A stretch of DNA of 64,000 nt from Gracilinanus agilis (GCF_016433145.1 NC_058132.1:88208260-88272259); one strand, 5' to 3'. Positions 1 through 12,277 are shown, numbered from the stretch's first letter. The notes: generated from the sequence alone by a model not told the origin. A program made the numbers and translations.

Positions 1-393
1 TGAGCAGCAGCAGCTGGTGCACGTTTTAAGTAAAATTTGAAAATCAAAGGGAACAAGGTTTAGCACAAGATGGTGGCTATCTTGAATTTTAAAAAGAAGT
101 ACATTAATGTTTTCAAATTGGAAATATTTAGACTTTTATATATTGCTTTTGTAAGTCTGTAGCATGTATACTTCTGAAGTTATTAAAGCTTCATATTGCA
201 CTAAGACTTTTGGGATATTTAGTATCATGAGCCTAGAAAAGTAAATTAAATCCAGGTTGTAAAGGACTTTTTAAATTACAAACATAGGATTCTGTATTTG
301 GTTTTAGAGGTAGTAAGATAAAGATCTGACCTGATCACACCTATGTCTTACTTTGGCACATATGTGGAGAAGTGGATTGGAGAGAGGAAAGAC
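1..393 (+). repeat. Local duplicated segment, copy A1 (paralogous to ~13731-14083)
   Basis: tgagcagcagcagctggtgcac...ggattctgtatttggtttt recurs at 13731. Hand count is about 17 differences over the first ~270 nt. Both copies continue into the same L2-like flank (atatgtggagaagtg.attggagagaggaaag). Confidence 0.9.
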
Positions 394-1059
394 CAGAGAT
401 AGTAAGACTTAACACCAATTCTTACAATATTCCTAGGGAAGAAGTAAGGAAGACCTATATTAGGAATATGGTTCTGTGTAAATGGCCTGAAGGGAACAGA
501 TGGGAGAGATCTTCTGAAAGTCACAGAGACAACCCTTTGCAACTATTTGGAAAAGTGGAATGAGGGGAGGAAGCAGATGAGAATGACCCCAACGTATCAA
601 TTCCTGATGACTAGAAAGATAGTGGCATCCTAAAATAAATAAGGAAAGTCAGAAGAAAGAATTGGTTTAGAGAGGAAAAATTTGTATTTTGGACAAATTG
701 AGTTTAAAAAGCATTTTTCTCACATCAGCCCTATATGGTCATTCATTCAATTAATAAACATTTAAAAAATACCTACTGTGTATCAGGCTCTGTGCTAAGC
801 AAGAAGAAAGACAAAAGACAGTCTCTGTTCAAGGATAATCTAAAGAGGGAGAGATCATGCAAGCAACAATGTACAAAAAAGTGATGACAGGAAAAATTGG
901 AGATAACAGAGAAAAGACTATCATAAATGTCTATATGTAAATATATACTTTATATACATGCAACATATACAGAGAAAGCATTCACATATATACATACACA
1001 CACATACAGAGAAAGAGAGAATGTGTGAAAGAGAGAGTGAGAGAGAGAGGAAGTACTTT

Positions 1060-1285
1060 AAAGTTTACAGAGTGCTTTATGAATTGCATTTCATTTGATC
1101 CTCACGACAACCTTGCAGATAGATTCTATTATTATTACCCTTTTACAGTCAAAGAAACTGAGGAAGACAGAGGTTGAATACTATCCCTGGGGTTATACAG
1201 TTAGTAAGTATCTAAGACTGAATTTGAACTCAGGTCTTCCTGACTCTGGATCTAGAACTCTATTCACTACATCACCTAGCTGCCT
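1060..1285 (-). mobile_element. MIR/MAR1-type CORE-SINE
   Basis: Typical CORE motifs: atttgatcctcac..caacc, ttttacag...gaaactgagg, tttgaactcaggtcttcctgactc. Confidence 0.75.
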
Positions 1286-1539
1286 CTAGAATTAAGAAAG
1301 AGGAGGAAAGGCTTATAGAAGGCAGGACTTTAGGGGTAAGTAGTACCAATGTGATTATGATTCTTATTTTATACAGAAGGACACTCAGGTTCAAAGATAG
1401 TTAAAACTGTGTCCAACCTATATTTTCAGGTTTATACCTTATTCCCCCAGCAGACATAGCACCAACTAGATTTGGAGGTAGGAAGTTCTGACCACTGCCT
1501 CCCATAATCTGCCCTCCCTATTATCATCCAGCTCCTTTT

Positions 1540-2870
1540 TACTTTTATACCCCATCTTCTTCTTCTTCCCTGCTAGGTAAGTTATATTTCTATACAAAAT
1601 TGAGTGTGTCTATAGAGTTTTCCCTCTTCAAACCAATTCCAATAAGAGTGAGGTTTAAATGTTGCTCACTAACTTCCCCCCATTTTCTCCTCCACTTAAA
1701 ACTCTTCCTTATAAGCTTCTTTTATATAAGAAAATGTGCCCTCTCCCTTCCTCCTTCTCCTGGTGCATCTCTCTTTCTCACCTTTCAATTTCTTTTTGTT
1801 GGAGATTACTACAACAAAGTCAACTCATATTCAGGCCCTTAGTCTATGTAAACTCCTTTTAACTCCCTAATGATGATAAGGTTCTTAGGAGTTATATATA
1901 GCATATTCCCATATATCAATGTTAACAGTTTAACTTTGTTGAGATCCTTATGGTTGTTCTTTCATGTTTACATTTTTATGCTTCTCTAGAATATTGTGTT
2001 TGAATATCACATTTCTTACTCATTTTTATCAGAAATTCTTAGAATTCCTATTTCAGCCTGTTTTCTTCTAAAATATTATATTCAGTTTTCTAGATAAATT
2101 ATTCTTGGTTATGGTCTGAGTCTTTTTGCCTTCAGGAATATCATATTCGAAGTCCTCTGTTCCTTTAATGTGGAAGCCACTAAACCTTTTTATGATCCTG
2201 ACTGTGGCTCCACAATATTTGAATTAGTTATTTCTGTCTGCTTAAAGTATTTTCTCTATGACCTAGGAGATCTAGAATTTATTTATAACATTCCCAGGAG
2301 TTTTAATTTTGGGGCCTCTTTCAAGGGGTGACCAGAGGATTCTTGGAATTTCTATTTTACCCTCTATATAGAGGCAATTTTCCTAGAAATTTTTTGGAAA
2401 TATAATACTTAGTCTCTTTCATTGATCATGATATTCAGGTAGTCCAATAATTAAAAATAAAAAATAAAAACCATTACCTTCTTTCTTAGAATCATTACTA
2501 AGAATTAGTTTCAAGGTTGAAGAGCAGTAACAGATAGGCAATTGGGGTTAAGTGAGTTGCCCAGGTCACACAAGTAGGAAGTGTCTAAGGCCAGATTTGA
2601 ACCCAGGACACCCAGTTTCTTAGGCTACTTCTCTATCCACTACGTAACCCACCAGCCTTTAGTCCAATAATCTCTTTCCTTGATTCTACTTCTCAGATCA
2701 GTTGATTTTTGAATGAGATATTTTACTTTTTTCTCTTTTAACATTCTTCTGATTAGTTTCTTTTTTTTTCTTTATGAGTCATGGAGTCATTAGCTTCTAC
2801 TTGAAGAATCAGTGGATTTTTTTTATGTCTTTTTCTGTTTGACCAATTCTGTTTTTTAAGGAGTTTATTT
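1540..2870 (-). mobile_element. L1 fragment (ORF1 / inter-ORF region) interrupted by a SINE at ~2470-2660
   Basis: Resembles the ORF1-end region of the minus-strand L1 at ~29900-31100 (e.g. gaatatcatattc.aag, atccttatggttg). The SINE has gagcagtaa..ggcaattggggttaagtga.ttgcccagg. Confidence 0.7.
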
Positions 2871-3103
2871 TTCAAGTAACCCAGAACTGAGCATAGACAG
2901 TAGAGTTACCAATCAATGCCAGCTATGCTCAGATCCAGCAGAGGCTTTCCTGTAATCTCTTTCTTATGGGTTGATTGATCTTCTTATCTCTGAGCTGAGA
3001 GATCCCAAAGCTACTACTGCTACAATGGCCACTGTTACTGCTGCCATGTGTGTTGGCTCTGATAGGTCTCTGCCCCATTTCATAAACTTTTCTTTCTAAG
3101 CCC

Positions 3104-3601
3104 TGTAATAATTAAAATTAAAATTATGAGGATGATAGTAGCTCAATAACTTTATTAAATCAAAGTAGTAGTAGTAAAGAGAGGGAAAGGTAGGGAAAAG
3201 GTATAGAGGTACTTAGCTTACTAATCTATTGGCCGCCATGATAGGCTTGTGACTAACTCCAACAAAGGTTCATCTAGCCTCTGTGCTCTAGTAAGAAAAC
3301 CTCCACAGGTTCTTGGGTCTCACCTTATAAGCTGTTTTTTCCACCCACTGGCACATATGTAATCTCACATTTACATGTCACATCTTAGGAACCAACCATA
3401 GTTTCTTAATTTGCCTGGACTACCCAGGGGGGCAGTGTCTGTGGAATCAATTTCCTGTCTCACTGGTTCCTTGGTTCTTTAACTTCCTTTCTCTAAGAGT
3501 TTATCTATACCTGAATTTATTCAGTGGTCTTTGACCTCAAGGTCACTGAGTGATGAAGTAAAACAAAGGGACATAATGGAAAGAGAAATACTCTTCCAAC
3601 A
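3104..3601 (-). mobile_element. Solo LTR-like element just upstream of OR52D1
   Basis: TG at 3104 and CA at 3600-3601; minus-strand AATAAA (plus tttatt near 3150). Flanks match only partly, so no clean TSD. Confidence 0.6.
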
Positions 3602-3764
3602 CTCCCTAAATAAGTTTTAGGCTTAAAAAATACCTCACCTTGATCTTTTGTTGGTTCTTCCACAGTAAAAAAATGTTTTGAGGTGTTAATTTAAAGTTAG
3701 TTGGAGAGGATCTATTGAAAGAGTTCAACTCTAATCTGCCATCTTGGCCCCACCTAAATATCTG

Positions 3765-3788
3765 TTTATTTGTTTTGTTTTGTTTTAG
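3765..3788 (+). promoter_or_regulatory. Splice acceptor of the OR52D1 coding exon
   Basis: T-rich tract tttatttgttttgttttgttttAG ending at 3788, 47 nt before the ATG at 3836. ORs typically have 5' non-coding exon(s) spliced to one coding exon. Confidence 0.65.
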
Positions 3789-3835
3789 GAGCAGCATTAC
3801 AATCTGAAACCTGTGTTGACTGAGAGCTACTGGCT

Positions 3836-4789
3836 ATGTCTGCTTCCAACAGCAGCAACTCCCTCCCAACTACCATATTCTTGACAGGTATTCCAGGACT
3901 AGAGCCTGTCTACATGTGGATCTCCATTCCCTTCTGTGCTATGTATCTGGTAGCTCTGATTGGGAACTTAATCCTCATCTTGATCATATCTACTGATCAC
4001 AGCCTCCACACACCAATGTACCTCTTCCTGTGTCTACTCTCAGTCTCAGACTTAGCCCTCAGTTCTACAACTGTACCTAAAATGTTAGCAATCCTTTGGC
4101 TTCATGCTGGTCAGATCACTTTTGGAGACTGCCTGGCCCAGATGTTCTTTGTGCACTCAATATTTGCTCTAGAGTCTTCTGTTCTCCTGGCTATGGCATT
4201 TGATCGCTATGTGGCCATCTGCAACCCACTGAGATATACAACCATCCTCAATCATGGTGTCATTATCAGAATTGGCCTTGCTGGACTAATTAGGAGTGTG
4301 GCTATTGTCTCTCCATTCATCTTCCTGTTGCGGAGGCTCCCTTACTGTGGGCACCACATTATGGCACATACATACTGTGAACACATGGGCATTGCTCGGC
4401 TAGCTTGTGCTGATATCACGGTGAATATTGTCTATGGTCTGACTGTGGCTCTCTTGGCTATGGGACTGGATTCTGTTCTCATAGCAGTATCTTATTGTAT
4501 CATTCTCCATGCTGTATTCCGTCTTCCATCCCGTGATGCACGACGCAAGGCTCTAGGAACATGTGGGTCCCACATTGGAGTCATCCTTGTTTTCTATATT
4601 CCTGCTTTCTTCTCTTTTCTCACCCACCGTTTTGGCCGCCACCGTGTCCCCAAGCATGTCCATATCTTTTTGGCCAACCTATATGTGTTGGTGCCACCTG
4701 TGCTCAATCCCATCATCTATGGAGTGAAGACCAAAGAGATCAGGACACGACTTTTGAGGCTAATGTCTCTGGGTCAAGACTTTCTTTGA
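3836..4789 (+). CDS. OR52D1: Olfactory receptor, class I, family 52; OR52D1 orthologue (317 aa)
   Basis: Intact ORF with LHTPMY, MAFDRYVAICNPLRY, KALGTCGSH and PPVLNPIIY motifs and an N-terminal NSS sequon. Long stretches match human OR52D1 as recalled (DLALSSTTVPKMLAILWLHAG; HTYCEHMGIARLACA.ITVNIVYGLTVALLAMGLDS; VPKHVHIFLANLYVLVPPVLNP). Confidence 0.95.
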   Translation: MSASNSSNSLPTTIFLTGIPGLEPVYMWISIPFCAMYLVALIGNLILILIISTDHSLHTPMYLFLCLLSVSDLALSSTTVPKMLAILWLHAGQITFGDCLAQMFFVHSIFALESSVLLAMAFDRYVAICNPLRYTTILNHGVIIRIGLAGLIRSVAIVSPFIFLLRRLPYCGHHIMAHTYCEHMGIARLACADITVNIVYGLTVALLAMGLDSVLIAVSYCIILHAVFRLPSRDARRKALGTCGSHIGVILVFYIPAFFSFLTHRFGRHRVPKHVHIFLANLYVLVPPVLNPIIYGVKTKEIRTRLLRLMSLGQDFL

Positions 4790-5129
4790 TTTTCTGACCA
4801 TCAATGGAAATGATTACTGAATAGAAGAGTGAATAAATGGACATCTTTCTAGGAGGGATTGAATGCATGGTAATTTAACTTAGAGTCCAAAGAACTGGAT
4901 TGATTCCCAGCTTTGACATTAGAAGTGCATTACCCCAAATAAGCCATTTGATCCCTTTTTACTCTTTTGTGAAATGGTGATATTAATACTTGCCTTGATT
5001 ATTTCATAGGAACCATTGTGAAGGAATCAATTTTTTCCAACCTTAATATAGTTATAGAAATGTGAATTGTTACTCTTATCATTGACTTTATAGGTATGAG
5101 AAGACAGTTGTAGATAGGAGATTATCTGA

Positions 5130-5770
5130 AAAAGGTCTGCTGGTTTAGTTGACTACAAGTTAAATGTGAGACAAGAGTGTGATAAGACAACCAAAAGACA
5201 AATTAAAATCTCAACCAATCTTGAGGTACTTAGCATACTTTCTAAAATTAAGAAGGTGATAGTCCTGCCATGTTTTGCCCTTGTAGTTTACATCTAGAAT
5301 GTCAGAATTAGGTAGTTACATTAATAAACCAGAGAACATTCATAGGAATTTGATGCAGATGGTGAAGAATCTTGAACACATGTCAAATGGGAATCACTTG
5401 AAGAAATTGAAGATGAATAGTCTACTCTAGACAAGAGAGGAGGAGAAACGGGACAGCTGTGTTCAAGAACTTAAAAGGCTTGTATGTGGAATATAGATTG
5501 GATTTGTTTTTTCTTCCCTCGGAGAGAAAAAGCAGAAACAATGGGTGGAATTTACTAAAGGACCAATTTAAGTGTGATGTCAGAATAAAATTTCTAATAA
5601 TTTAGAGTCATTCTAAAGTACTTAGCTCAATGCCTGGCACATAGTAAACACTTAATAAATATTTACTGAATTGATTGGCATTATTGAAATGGAACAGGCT
5701 GCCTGGAAATGAACTGGTTTTCCTCTCATTAGAGAGCTTCAAGAAAAGACTGAATGGGTTCTCATTGGGT
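5130..5770 (+). mobile_element. L3/CR1 3' fragment with a small embedded L2 relic
   Basis: CR1-like 3' motifs (gactacaagttaaatgtgag.caagagtgtga; ggaacaggctgcctgg; ttcaagaaaagactgaatgg). L2 tail tgcctggcacatagtaaacacttaataaatatt at ~5630-5670. Confidence 0.6.
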
Positions 5771-6869
5771 GTGGTAAAATATGTAGACTATTTCTCAGGT
5801 AAGATTGCTCACTTATACCAGGTTCTTATTTGTTGTTTGTATTCTGATCTCTTGCCTGGACCAGAGTATCAAACAAGCAGCCTATGGGCCACCTGCAGCC
5901 CAAAACACTTCAAATGGGTCTGGAACCAGAGAAAAATATAATTGGGTAATATTAAAAAATAAATCAATCTACAATCAATTACCAACATTATAATTTTAAA
6001 CTAAGTCAAGCAAGAATATTTATATATAGATTAATGGCCCTTGTTTCTATTTGATTTTGTTGGCTCTCCTCTAAGCTATTTTAGTAGCCTTCTGATTGGT
6101 TTCCCTGCACCTAGGTTTCCTCTTCAGTCTATCCTCCATACAGCTGCCAAATTGACATTTTTAAAGTACACGTCTGATTTTTTCTCAAGAACTTTCAATG
6201 ATTCTCTATTGGCTTTAAGATAAAATAAAACATACTATATTTGTTATTTAAATTCATTCACAATCTGGCTTTCCTCAAACTGACCACACTCATTTATACC
6301 ATTTACTTCCTTCCCCTTTCTGTGTTCTGCTCTTCTCCAAACTCAACATTTTAGAAGGCTTTCTCAAATTTAGAAATATTAACTCTCTTTAAGACTGATC
6401 TCAACAAAGAATTGGACATTGAGAAGTTGTTTATAGTTGTTACAGGACACTATTGTGCTATAAAACATGATAAACAGTATGTTTTCAGAAAAATCTGGAA
6501 AACTTTACATAAACTAATACAAAGTGAAATGAATAGAACCAGAAAAATATCTTACATAGTGACAGAAATGTTGCTTGATGAAAAACTATGAATAGTGATC
6601 CAAGATAATCCCAGAAATTTATGATAAAAAATAGCATTTTCCCTCTGAGAAATAACAAGAGACTGAATGCAGACTGAAGCATACTATATTTAATTTTGTT
6701 TTTTCTTTTTTCATTTGATATCTCTTCCAGGAAACAACTAATATGGAAAAATCTTTTACATGATTATATGTATAAAATCTATATCAGATTGCTTAATCTG
6801 TTAAAGAAGGAGGGAGGGAGTGTCAGAAGAAAGGAGGGAATTCGAAACTTTTTAAAAATGAATGTTAAA

Positions 6870-7055
6870 GGGGCAGCTGGGTAGCTCAGTGGAGTGAGAG
6901 TCAGGCCTAGAGACAGGAGGTCCTAGGTTCAAACCCGGCCTCAGCCACTTCCCAGCTGTGTGATCCTGGGCAAGTCACTTGACCCCATTGCCCAATTGCC
7001 CACCCTTACCAATCTTCCACCTATGAGACAATACACCGAAGTACAAGGGTTTAAA
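6870..7055 (+). mobile_element. Young opossum-type tRNA-derived SINE (SINE1_Mdo-like) with 16-bp TSD
   Basis: ggggcagctgggtagctcagtgg...gtacaagggtttaaaa. TSD aaaaatgaatgttaaa at 6854-6869 and 7056-7071. Confidence 0.92.
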
Positions 7056-7664
7056 AAAAATGAATGTTAAAATTTTTTTACATATAATGTGGGAAAAAAG
7101 AAAATATTATTTAAAAAAAAGACTTAGCTCAAGTTCCAGTCCTTACAAGAAGTCATCCTAGATTCCTTCTGACTTTCCCCAGAAAAATTACTTTGTATAT
7201 ATCTTGTGTTCATTTATTTATGTGCCATGTCACCTTCAACCAAATGCAAATTTCTTGAAGGTAGAGGATATTTCTATGTCCTTAGCACCTATCATAGTTC
7301 TTGATTAATGAATGTTGCATAACAAACACTTGTTGAGTTGAATTTAATTTAATATGTAATGACAAACTGCCCAGTATGCAGATTCTGCTGTCTGGTGCCA
7401 ACCAAGGGGAAGCATGAGGAGCTTTCTTCTGGAAATGTATTATGGTATGATAACATAAAACCTTTTTATTGGCTACAGAACTTAAACAAAAGGTATGTAA
7501 TTAGAGCAATAACAGATAGAAATGATCTCTTCCATGAGAGTAAGCGAGGCAACAACTGTAAGCCTAGAGAGAGGGAGAGCATCAGTTGCCTACTTTCCCC
7601 ATCCTGGATGACATGTCATGAATATGACACGTGACCATGAATATAGGGGGGTGTTCGTATTTCT

Positions 7665-8035
7665 CCTATCCCTATTGTGTTAATTATTGGAAATAAATGG
7701 TAATAATCAATAGTCACCTCCATGAAGCAATCAACAAATGAATAACCTGGCAACTGAGACAATATATTCTGTTAAGCAAAGGAGTGTCATATTCACTGAC
7801 AACAAAGCCAGAAGTGAATTTGATTAGAGGAATGTTTCTAGAAACTATTTTTTAAGACTCTTACCTACTGTCTTAAAATAAATTCTAGTTCCCAGGAGAA
7901 GAATGATAAAAGCTAGGCAATTGGGATTAAGTGACTTGCTAATTGAGGACTATGAAGATCAAATTACTTTCTAAAGATAATTAAAGGGAGTAAGTTGCAA
8001 TTATCAGGATTAGAACCCAATTCTCATTCCATATG
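7665..8035 (+). repeat. Local duplicated segment, copy A2 (paralogous to ~19977-20345)
   Basis: aataaatggtaataatca.tagtcacct...atcaggattagaacccaat recurs at ~19990-20330, roughly 80% identical by eye. Confidence 0.85.
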
Positions 8036-8640
8036 CACTCCACAACACCTGATTCAGTGGGGAAAAAAATTATTCTCATCCATCCATTCCCCTGGGGAGG
8101 TCTTCATACACTGGAGGGAGATTTCCCCCCTAACTCAGTGATGAGTTGGAGGCCTGTCAATTATCCTCCCCATTCTGAGATGGAATTACCAGAGGGGGCC
8201 ACTGCACAAGCTACAGCTTCTTAGAGCTACAGGTGAGAATTGGGAGATTAATGAATGAGTGAATGAGCAGCCTTGAAAGGGGATTGGAAAGCCCTCCTAG
8301 CAGAGGTGCCAATCCTCTCTGAGCATCTGGTTGGGGCCATCGTGCACAGAACACTGGCCTTAACAACAAAGGTATCAGTCTTCTCTGGATGGCTTGGTGG
8401 TGCCAGAATGCACAGAACACAGACACTCACACCCACCCCACAGACCTTGAACACCCAGCTATGGCAGAGTGGATAGAGAATTGCTCTTAGAAACAGATAG
8501 ACCTGCATTCAAGTCTCATTTCTGAAATAGTCTGGCTGTGTCATATGGCTGAAGTCACTTGAACTTCAGGACCCCAGAAAACTCATTTGTTATAGGGAAA
8601 ATAATAGGTCTGTATCTACAGAAGAAGTTTCTTCACTGTC

Positions 8641-9322
8641 TGTTGTGATAAATTAAGTCTACACTGCAAATCTTTAGATGTAATCACCAAAGGTGAGAGC
8701 ACCTCCAATTTTGGGAGATCCGTAACCCATGTGTGCTAGAGTGGGTGATGAATTAGAATCAACTGACTGCCCCACCCCCAGGCAAGCCTATGAGAAGTGT
8801 CTATTGTGATTGGACATGCAAATTAGCAGGGAGGCACAAAAAGTGACACATAAGTGACCCCTTTAAAAGGAGAAGATCCTGAGTCAGCTGAGGGGCTTCT
8901 GGTGAAGAGGGTGGTTGATGAAGGAGTTCTTCTGGTCCTCGGAGGAGTGCTGGCTGGAACACTGAGACCTTGGTGAGTCTGCTTTCAATATCCACATGGT
9001 GAGTTTAAAGAATGAATCTTCCTGAACTTCTCTTAAGGAACTTCCCTTTAATAGACTTCATTCACCTCCGGGCCTCTGGCCCTCTGACTCTTGGCTGAGG
9101 GTTAATTAGATCCACCTGGATTAATTAGAGGATCATAGTAATTTACCTACTGTGTTAGATTCTTATTTCCTTAATTCCTCTCGATCTTCTCAATTGTAAA
9201 TAAATTTCCATAAAAGTCAGTTTTGACTTGAGATTATTCTTACTTGAGGATTGATATTTTTCAATCCTCTAGCAACCAATCTTAAATATATTTATCAAAA
9301 AACGCTTTTTCCCCATTACACA
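8641..9322 (+). mobile_element. Solo LTR (ERV1-like, probable 4-bp TSD)
   Basis: TG...CA ends; flanks TGTC (8637-8640) and CGTC (9323-9326) differ by a CpG-type transition. aataaa near 9200. Confidence 0.7.
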
Positions 9323-10220
9323 CGTCCAGGACTTTAATGTGTTTTGACAGCTGGATGGAGCCCCATATCTTAAAAATATATGGTTGTATTCAGGGCCAAG
9401 AGACTCCAGATGGAATCATATCTATATAATTCTAACAAGTAGAACTCTGCCAAAGTAGAATGGATGAAGGCAGAGAGAGATAGAGATCTCATCTGTAAAG
9501 ATAGAATAGGAACTCGGGTTTCATATGGGGTTTTGGCCGCTCAGAAGCAATGGCAATTCAGAACTGGCAGGATGACCTGTAAAAACTGGAGTTCAGAGAA
9601 GAGACAAACTGGTGTGGAACATAGTTGTTGGGAAGATGTATAAGAATGATGAGGGCAAATGGAAGATTTTTTCTTTAAAAGGTTAGAAGTCCTTCCTGAA
9701 GGGCAGCTAAGAGATTCAGTGGATAAAGAACCAGACTTGGAAACAGTAGGTCCTGAGTTCAAATATGACTTTAGATACTTCCTAGCCGTGTAATCCTGGG
9801 CAAGTCACTTAACCCTCATTGCCTAGCCCTCACTGTTCTGCTTGGTATGAATTCTAAGGCAGAAGGAAAGGATTCAGACAGACAGACAGATAGAGATGGA
9901 AAGAAAGCAACAAAGACAGAGAGGGAAGATGACAGAGACCTTAGGAAACTAGACAAAGGTTGGAACATAAACATCTTTCCCTGTCTCAACATACAAAGTA
10001 TCTTTATCGAGAAGTAGAGATGAATGTCTAGACAGAACTAGATATCCCCCTATTTCCTCAATGATATGAACAACCCCCCAAATTTTTTGCATCTAGATTT
10101 CTTGCTCATTTTCCAAATCTCTCTTAGATAACCCTTGTTCATTGCTACTGATTATTACCTCCATCTGGCCCACCTATCATTTGAAAAACTATCATTAGAA
10201 ATAAATAAAAAGGGGGGAGA

Positions 10221-10748
10221 TGTCAGGGACTGAGGTCTCAGGGTCTGAAAAGGCAAAGTTCTGAGAGCCCTGGTATCACTTGAGGTCCAAGGTCTGTGTA
10301 AGACAAAGATCTAAGATCCCTCACTTTCCACATTGCCCACCAACAAAATAAGTGATTCCCTCAGTTTCCACATTTTCACAACAAGATAGCTAATCAAGGC
10401 AATAACTTTTCCAAGGCCCCTTTTCCCAGGCAGAAAAGTATATTTATCAGACTCTTGGTATCTCCCTTTTCTCAGCTCCTCTTATCTACCTGCGTACCCC
10501 CACCTATAGTGCTTTACTCAAGGATTCCTCTCAAGGCTAACTTTTGTTATGAGAAAGTTGCTTGTATTACCATGAGAAAGTTACTTTGAGGTTTTTGCCT
10601 TTATAAGCTTGTGCTGTTCATTCAATAAACTGCACTCAATTGTCACCAACAATTGAGGTCCTTATGACCCTAAACTTTGACTTGTCTCTTTTTCCCCTCA
10701 CTCTTACCTAAGGAACTGCTGGTCCCCATTCTGTCCCACCTCAGGGAT

Positions 10749-10805
<57 letters not shown>

Positions 10806-10832
10806 ATTCCTCCCCTCAGAGTAACTGCCACA
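10221..10832 (+). mobile_element. LTR-like element containing a (GA)n tract
   Basis: Starts TGTCAGGG, has AATAAA at ~10624 and ends ...TGCCACA. No TSD confirmed. Confidence 0.5.
10753..10802 (+). repeat. (GA)n microsatellite
   Basis: Perfect GA dinucleotide run. Confidence 0.97.
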
Positions 10833-11065
10833 TCTGGAGACCAACTGCCAAGAAAAACCATTACACTGTCAGCATTTGAAACTGTCAGGACCCAGGAGAG
10901 ACAATAAAAGTAAAAATTTCAGAAGAGGAAATTGAATTTCTCCAACCTTTACAGAAGAGCAAAAGAGATTTTATAAACAATGTGTAAAGCATTCATATTG
11001 CAGCTGCGGTATGAAAATGATCACATTTTAGAGTCTAAAGAGAACTTAGCTCATAGAATAGCTGN

Positions 11066-11104
<39 letters not shown>
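11066..11104 (+). repeat. (GA)n microsatellite, preceded by a single N
   Basis: Perfect GA run. Confidence 0.95.
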
Positions 11105-11106
<2 letters not shown>

Positions 11107-12277
11107 TCCTGATTCCAAGCAGGCCTCAATTCAAGCAAAAGAAATCTTTACTAAATCCAACTTTATAAGTTTTATTCTCTTTAAAAGGGGTACAGAGATA
11201 AAGAAATCTCTGCATAGTTAGTAATGAGAGATGGGAGTATCTTGTCTCAACAGACATAATGTGATTCCACACTTTTAGTCCCTCTTGACCCAAATGCTGA
11301 GTGGGCTTACAGAAAAAAATAATTATTGTCTTGGTTCTCTCTTCTCTCAGGGACCTCAGTTTCAATATTTCAGGACTCTCCTGGCTCTCATCCCCATTGG
11401 GCTTTCTGACTTAGAATCTACTGAAAAAAGGCACAGAGTAGCACATTCCCTGAGTGCCGAGTGTGTCTGTAGAAAGCTGAAGATTCTTTGAAGAGAAAGA
11501 CAGAGCAATATCTGCTACATACTTGCCCCATGGTGAGTGGTGAATAAATAATGAAATCAATAGTATTGGAGAACTCCTGGCTAACATATAACGACCCACA
11601 TATATACTCTCACAGAGAGACATACAGTTCCACACAGATATTACAGAAGGTAAGCACACAGGTGCAGAGAAATCCCATCAGATAGACATAATATATACAT
11701 ATATACTGATATGTACATACATACACATGTTCATACATAGTCACACACATATATATACAGAGTCACACATATACACAAGCACTAACCACCACCTAGGTGG
11801 TCACGGACCCAAGTAGTCAGCTTACAGGGGAGTGATGGAGTGACAAAGCTGGCTGGGAGAGAAAGCAGCCATCCATCAGCTTTAGAAAAAATCAAGAACA
11901 CAGCCTAAACGTGGTCCAGGGATGCAGAGACTGGAGGACATCCAGGCCATGCCCAGGTAAGTCCTGATGAGGTGACAAGACCACATTGCCTGTGTCTGAG
12001 GGTTCTCATGGGCTCTCTGGGGTCACTCTGAGCCCACAGTGAGAACAGCCCTCTCTGTCCTTAGTTGCACTGTTAGGCGAGATGTTAGGAAGGAGGGAGG
12101 GGATAGAGTGTCTGTGAGTCTGTCCTGTAGCAGTTGGAATCATAGTGTTGAGGTCAAAGCATGTGTTTGAAGTGTGGCTAGAGAAAAGCATCCAGGATTA
12201 AGAAGGCACATGGAGACCTTATATGGATTAGTTGAATGAACCAGGAATTTTAGACTCAAAAGAAGAGGCTCAGAGTG

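Noticed and set aside
311-358. 48-nt segment with short terminal inverted repeats (agtaagata...tgtcttact) present in copy A1 but not B1, as a mini-transposon
   Set aside because: Too short and without a TSD. A simple deletion in copy B1 explains it.
1570-1585. Donor CTAG|GTAAGT as the OR52D1 first-exon donor
   Set aside because: It lies in an antisense L1 fragment with a similar motif in the other L1 (~29920), and has no associated O/E or HD sites. The OR52D1 promoter may be outside the window.
10670-11168. ORFs with RERERE or SLSLSL runs
   Set aside because: Translations of (GA)n microsatellites.
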